A DNA stretch of 64,000 bases from Macrostomum lignano (lineage: Eukaryota): the NCBI GenBank assembly GCA_002269645.1, contig NIVC01000774.1:63387-127386 (forward strand), in the 5' to 3' direction. The notes under the pieces were generated by a model that saw only the letters and a program-made list of their open reading frames with translations, ran no database searches and was not told where the DNA came from. Numbering within the stretch: the stretch's first letter is position 1; every line of letters begins with the position of its first letter. The position numbers and the translations under genes were made by a program. Shown one piece after another: positions 58,991 to 64,000 of this stretch.

Positions 58991-61544
58991 TTTTGCTATT
59001 GGAGGATGCTTGGGAGATATTGAAATCAAAATCTAAATAAGAAATTGAGAAAAAATGCTACAATTGAAACTTTTATGATAAAGGTTGCCATATATTTTTT
59101 TTGTATAGAATAACCAATTGATGGAATTAAGGTAACAAGCCCTTTGGCTAGTTTTACTTCCTATTTTTAAAGTCATTTTATCTGCTAGCATACAAAAAAG
59201 TGGCAGAGAAAGTGACAGTGTATCACCTAGACTCAACCTAAGGGGTAGTATAAGTAATATTAGCTTCTATGCTTTTTGGCACCCATGTTTTTGGTGCTTA
59301 GTATTTCAGTACCCTAGATTGCTTTTTGGTGTTCCAGTTTATAATATCTAAAGGCTTATGCACACTGCAATCAAATGAGGGACCAAATCATATGACTTGT
59401 TTAACCACATATTATTTTTTAATTTTTTCCTAATTGCTTGAAATCTCAAATTTAGTGACAAAAGCTAATAATGCAAGGGCTAGTTGATCAACTAAAATGC
59501 TATACATTGGTTGCTTGCCTCTTACATAGTACCCCAAGTTGCATAACACACAAAACTCAACTCAAGCCACTCTATTTCAACAACTCTCCATTTGGTCCTT
59601 AGAAACTCTACAATAGTAATCTAGCCCACTCAATGTTTGTCTTTTTTCAGCACTTTTCTCTTTTTTCTTCTCTTCTATTGTGTTCTCCACTTTTTTGATG
59701 AATTAGATTGAAGTTGTGAGACACAAATTACTACAAGTTCTTAATTCAAAATGAGCTCTTAGCTCTTTTATGTGCTTGTAAATTTTTCCTAGCATTCGCT
59801 GGCTTCAAGCTTATACCTGTAATGCACAAATCCCTTCGCATATCTATAGGAATATTTTACAATTAATAAAATGCTTTATTAATCATCAGTGCCACAACAC
59901 TCTCATCTTTTCTCTCTTTTTTCTCTCTTATTTTCTCTCTCCTTTCCTCTCTTTTTCCTCTTCTCCCTCTCCTCTTTTCTACTCTCTACCTAATTTATCT
60001 CTTTTTTCCTCTCATCTTCTCTGTGCTCTATTATTCCCTTACCTTTCCTTTCCTATATCTCCTTTTTTATTCCCTCATCTCTAGGACTGTAGTCATGCTC
60101 TAAGTTCTCTATCTGGCCCTTAAGATAAAAAGTTTGCCAACTTATGACAAGTGAAATGAGCAAGCATGAAAAAACAGTATGCTTATTAATTGCCACTAGA
60201 ACCCCTGGTAAACAAGGTGCAAGAAAATCTCATTTTATATAACCTTCAGCACCTTGATAATTAAATACTAGGAAAAAGGACAATTAGAAAATTGTACTAT
60301 GCTTGGTTTTTATTAGCTTATGCCAGTTATGTCAATAAGAGTGCTAGCCTTTATACTTTAATATAGACTATACATTGGTATTGAATTCAGAGCACAAAAT
60401 AGTTTTCTAAAATCTATTGAAAATATATACACAAAATTTAGGCTTAGTTTCAAATATATACGCACAATATTGCTTGTGCAATCAATAAGAAAACTTGCAT
60501 CACCTTTTTTTAAACCCTAGCCTAGTCATTCTCCTTAGTATCAGTTAGTTGATTGCAGTGTGAATGCTTGTAATCACTCATAAAGTCAATTGATGAATAG
60601 GTCTAATGGCATGAAAAACTGAAGTAATTGTCAAGGATTCATTAATCATCAAATCAAATTTTGTGTAATCAATTGAAAATTGGCCTCCTTTGATGGCAGT
60701 GTGAACAAGCCTTAAATAAAGTATTCATATAACAATATATTAAATTTTCTAAAAAACTTTTTATTTACCTGACAATATGGGATCTATTATGTTAAACTGG
60801 CATATTTTCTTAATTTAATGACAACAAATTTTCTGTTACACCACTGGCAACTACTAACTAGATTTGCCTGATAAGTAGATGTTAAAAATATATACACAAA
60901 ATAGTATCAACAGACTTCTGTCTAGCTACACATTTTTTCGCTTTCCTTTTCATGTGACGTCTATTGACATTGACATTGTATAACGGCCTGACAATGTACA
61001 TGATATACAAAAAACTTCATTTTTTAAAAGGCTTGCTTGTGCCTTATGGCATGCTGTAATGGAAACCTAAGCCTTAATATGCATTCGCACAAGTTATTTT
61101 GATTCTTGAATCCGCTATACAAAATGAATTCAGTCAGGAAGCTGTGCCACCTAGTGAACTATTTAATCACCCAAAATCAGTGTAGGCCTACGCGTAAATG
61201 AGGAAAAATACTAGCACCAGTGTAGTGAGCAAGTACAAAGTCTTAAAATGCCTATTTACTACAATCATTACAATCGGCATTCGCAGTTTTCAATTATGTA
61301 CAAATCGATCAAATGTCATCTATTTCTTAGAATGTATCTTTTGAACATTTAAAAAGAAAAACAAAAATTTCACAGGAAGATCGAAAATATTGTTATTAGC
61401 CTGATAAGAGAATTATTATTAAACAATAAAAATAAGACGCAGACCTAGAAGTTGACCTCTACACGGTTAGTTGTTTTAGAATTTTAGAACTTTAAGTAAT
61501 AAAGGACACGGTATGTACAGACAATATTTCAGTTTAATTAGAAA

Positions 61545-61717
61545 TAGGGGCGTAGCCAAGAGGGGGGACACCGGGGACATGTCTCCCTGGGGGAGATAAT
61601 TTTTTACTGCTTTTGTATCTGCTTTTGGTTTCTACACGTCATTTAATAATGAGATGGATTGATGTCTCTCGATCTGTCCCAGCCACCTTGACGTGAATCC
61701 TGGCTACTACACGCCTA
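61545..61717. mobile_element. 173-bp hAT-like MITE with 8-bp TSD ATTAGAAA
   Basis: Ends TAGGGGCGTAGCCAAG ... CCTGGCTACTACACGCCTA (imperfect TIR). ATTAGAAA at 61537-61544 and 61718-61725. Confidence 0.75.
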
Positions 61718-64000
61718 ATTAGAAAATGGTTGTTGCAACTAAAATTTAATTTTAACTAAGTCTAGTAAATTCCAACTAATTAAGCAGCTAAAAAACCTTT
61801 TAATCGCCCTATATTTATGCCGAGTCAATCTACTTAAATGGCATATATATTTAATATGTACAAAATATCGAAAAAGATCAGTTATTTCCACAAAATCTCT
61901 ATAAGTTGGCACATAAAAATCCATATAAAAACTAATATAAAAAGGTATTTCCAATAGACTAAATATTCTTCCGATGGCTGCAACTAGTCAGAATAAGCTT
62001 TTCTTTCGATCCAAACATTGGAAAAGTCGATACAATACATGTATGCGTGTTGAGTTTTCCGTAGTGTAATTCCGTAGTGTCAGCTTGATCCAAAAGCCAA
62101 GGAGTAATCAAGATAAAATAAGATTTTTTCAACTTTTGAAAATGTACATACACTTATATGTAGTTATATATTTAGATACGTAGATTTCGAGTTATGCATT
62201 ACGACTCTGATCTCTACGAACTAAAATTATGTACTCGTTAAACCTTTATTCGCAGTTTGAAATTTTAGAAAAAAGGATAATAAATTTACATGATGCATGT
62301 TTGACCACCATATCAGGATAGGGGTGCAATTTGGTACAAATATTTTCGCCAGACGGTTAGATTTCGCCTGTCGCTCATCTGCTGATCCATACGAATAGGT
62401 TTGGTGAATTTCGGGTAGGGAAGTTGAAAGCCTTCCTACTGTACTATGCAATTCTGTTTTTTACTGTATGAAACGGGTGGAAATCTGCGTTACGCTTTTG
62501 AGGATTTGCACCTCCGGTGTACGGACGGAATGCCAACAGACTTTTATTGTCCGCAGTCTCGTGCACATAGCTGCCGAAAAAAATAGCTGTTTGAAATGCA
62601 AATTGATTGCGATGTGCAAGGCAAACGAGCTAGGACTGCTTGAAGGGGAAAACAGGAGAAGAAAATAGTGGGGCTATGCAATATGCATCCTTCCCTGCAT
62701 GCTGCTTGCAGCGCTGCCTCTAATGCGATCATTACCCCCCCTCCCTCAGCTGCTTCGTTCATTACCGAGTGGAGGAGAGGCTAGCAGCTGCGTGTGCGTC
62801 AGGAAAGAGCCGGCGGGTTAAGCTTATGGAGATAGGGGGAACGAAAGGTAACAGAAGCGGGGGCGGGGCGATCGATTGATTGGGGCCCCCGCTCCGGCCT
62901 GTTGTAGCTGGCCCTATAGCCTGCAATATGCAGACGAAATCAGAGAACTGCTGGATTTCGAGGGGAAGATGCTAGAATCAGCCTCTGGTGTGTAGCGGCC
63001 CCGCTGCTTCCTCCACTCTCGGATCCCTCTCCCCAAGCTTTGCGCTGGGAGCGGGGAGATCAGTGTGCGGGGATCCGAAGCGCGGCTGGTTTCGTGGAGG
63101 GCTGGTGGAATGCGCGAGAGTTTCGGATGGGCGACCACCTTCCCCCGATGCTTGTATATTCATGCCGCCATTGGCTCTATCGCTGCTGCTCTATTTGTGC
63201 CTGCACGCAGCTTTTGCCTCCAGCATCCCCGTCCAGATCTCTCTCTCTCTCTCTCTTCGTCTGTTTAACTGGCCTCCAATCGCGCCTTTTCGTTTTTTTC
63301 TCCGTCATTCCGACTTGGGGATCCATGCCTCATAGCTAAAACCTTGCAGACGTTATACATCAGAGCGAGACTTTCCGTCTTTAATTACCCGGTCTGAGCG
63401 GATAATCAGAAAGCAAAGGCGATCGCGGCATTTAAGTTTCAGGCAGAGCGACCTTCAGATTATATGAGTTGCCGCCACCAGGTAAACAAGGCATCTATCT
63501 CTGTTTAAAATCATTTTAGTTCATTTGCCTTCCCGCTTTCACTGGGCTTGCATTCTTATTTACCAGCTGCTTAGTGATCTCAAAATCATTAAAGTCGTAG
63601 CAAAGAGCACCAGACAATCGTAATCAGTAATTTGTGGTCAAGATAACTGAAATCTACTGATAAAAGCAGAAGGTGGCGATGAAGCTATCAATTGTAGATT
63701 TTAGAGATTAGCAGCAGTGTGAGACCGCTACCAGTTCTGCAGATCGACAGATTCTGCAGATGCAAACTTTAGTCGTTTCCGGGGCATAAAAGGCTTGACA
63801 CTAAAGGAGCAAAAATGAAACTTTCTACCTGACAAGTTGGCGACAAAGTTGTCTGTTACTCAGCCACAAGTAGCAAGTCTACTCTTCCTACTACTTTAAA
63901 TGCTTTAATACTTAATAAACCCTAAATCCGTAAGATCAAGGGATGACTAGTAAAACTATTCATGCGATATTTTCCATACGAAAATAATCTGTCTTACCTT

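Noticed and set aside
59880-60085. CT-rich tract as a regulatory or splice element
   Set aside because: Simple low-complexity sequence with no adjacent exon identified.

Overview
Eukaryotic (metazoan) genomic DNA with spliceosomal introns, GC-rich exons and minisatellite-filled introns. The style fits a free-living flatworm such as Macrostomum (inference only). Four host genes can be reconstructed by hand. (1) A 2-exon CRAL-TRIO lipid-transfer gene (-, 3062-5893). (2) A 10-exon, ~1500-aa gene (+, 7068-20724) with an unusual architecture: CARD, TPR-like repeats, Lys/Asp-rich tract, poly-Ser, then a C-terminal Rab-type GTPase. (3) The Wnt regulator APC (-, 21811-33476) with ARM repeats, 20-aa repeats and SAMP motifs. 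(4) A cytochrome b561 (-, 54653-55749). There is also an orphan acidic exon (-, 52754-53148). Both large genes are interrupted inside a coding CAG-type microsatellite by an RNase H-containing, Ingi-like LINE. The full-length copy (14503-19212) carries a candidate HDV-like ribozyme, an AUG-less leader ending in a 2A stop-go motif (GDIETNPGP) and three PHD-like fingers ahead of APE-RT-RNase H. The 5'-truncated copy (27269-30055) places a stop in APC just before all SAMP motifs. Other content: two tRNA-derived SINE families (one CORE-type), two MITEs with 8-bp TSDs, about a dozen private minisatellites, four single-base frameshifts that look like long-read G/C-run dropouts, and a 2.5-kb stretch with no CpG (57287-59796).
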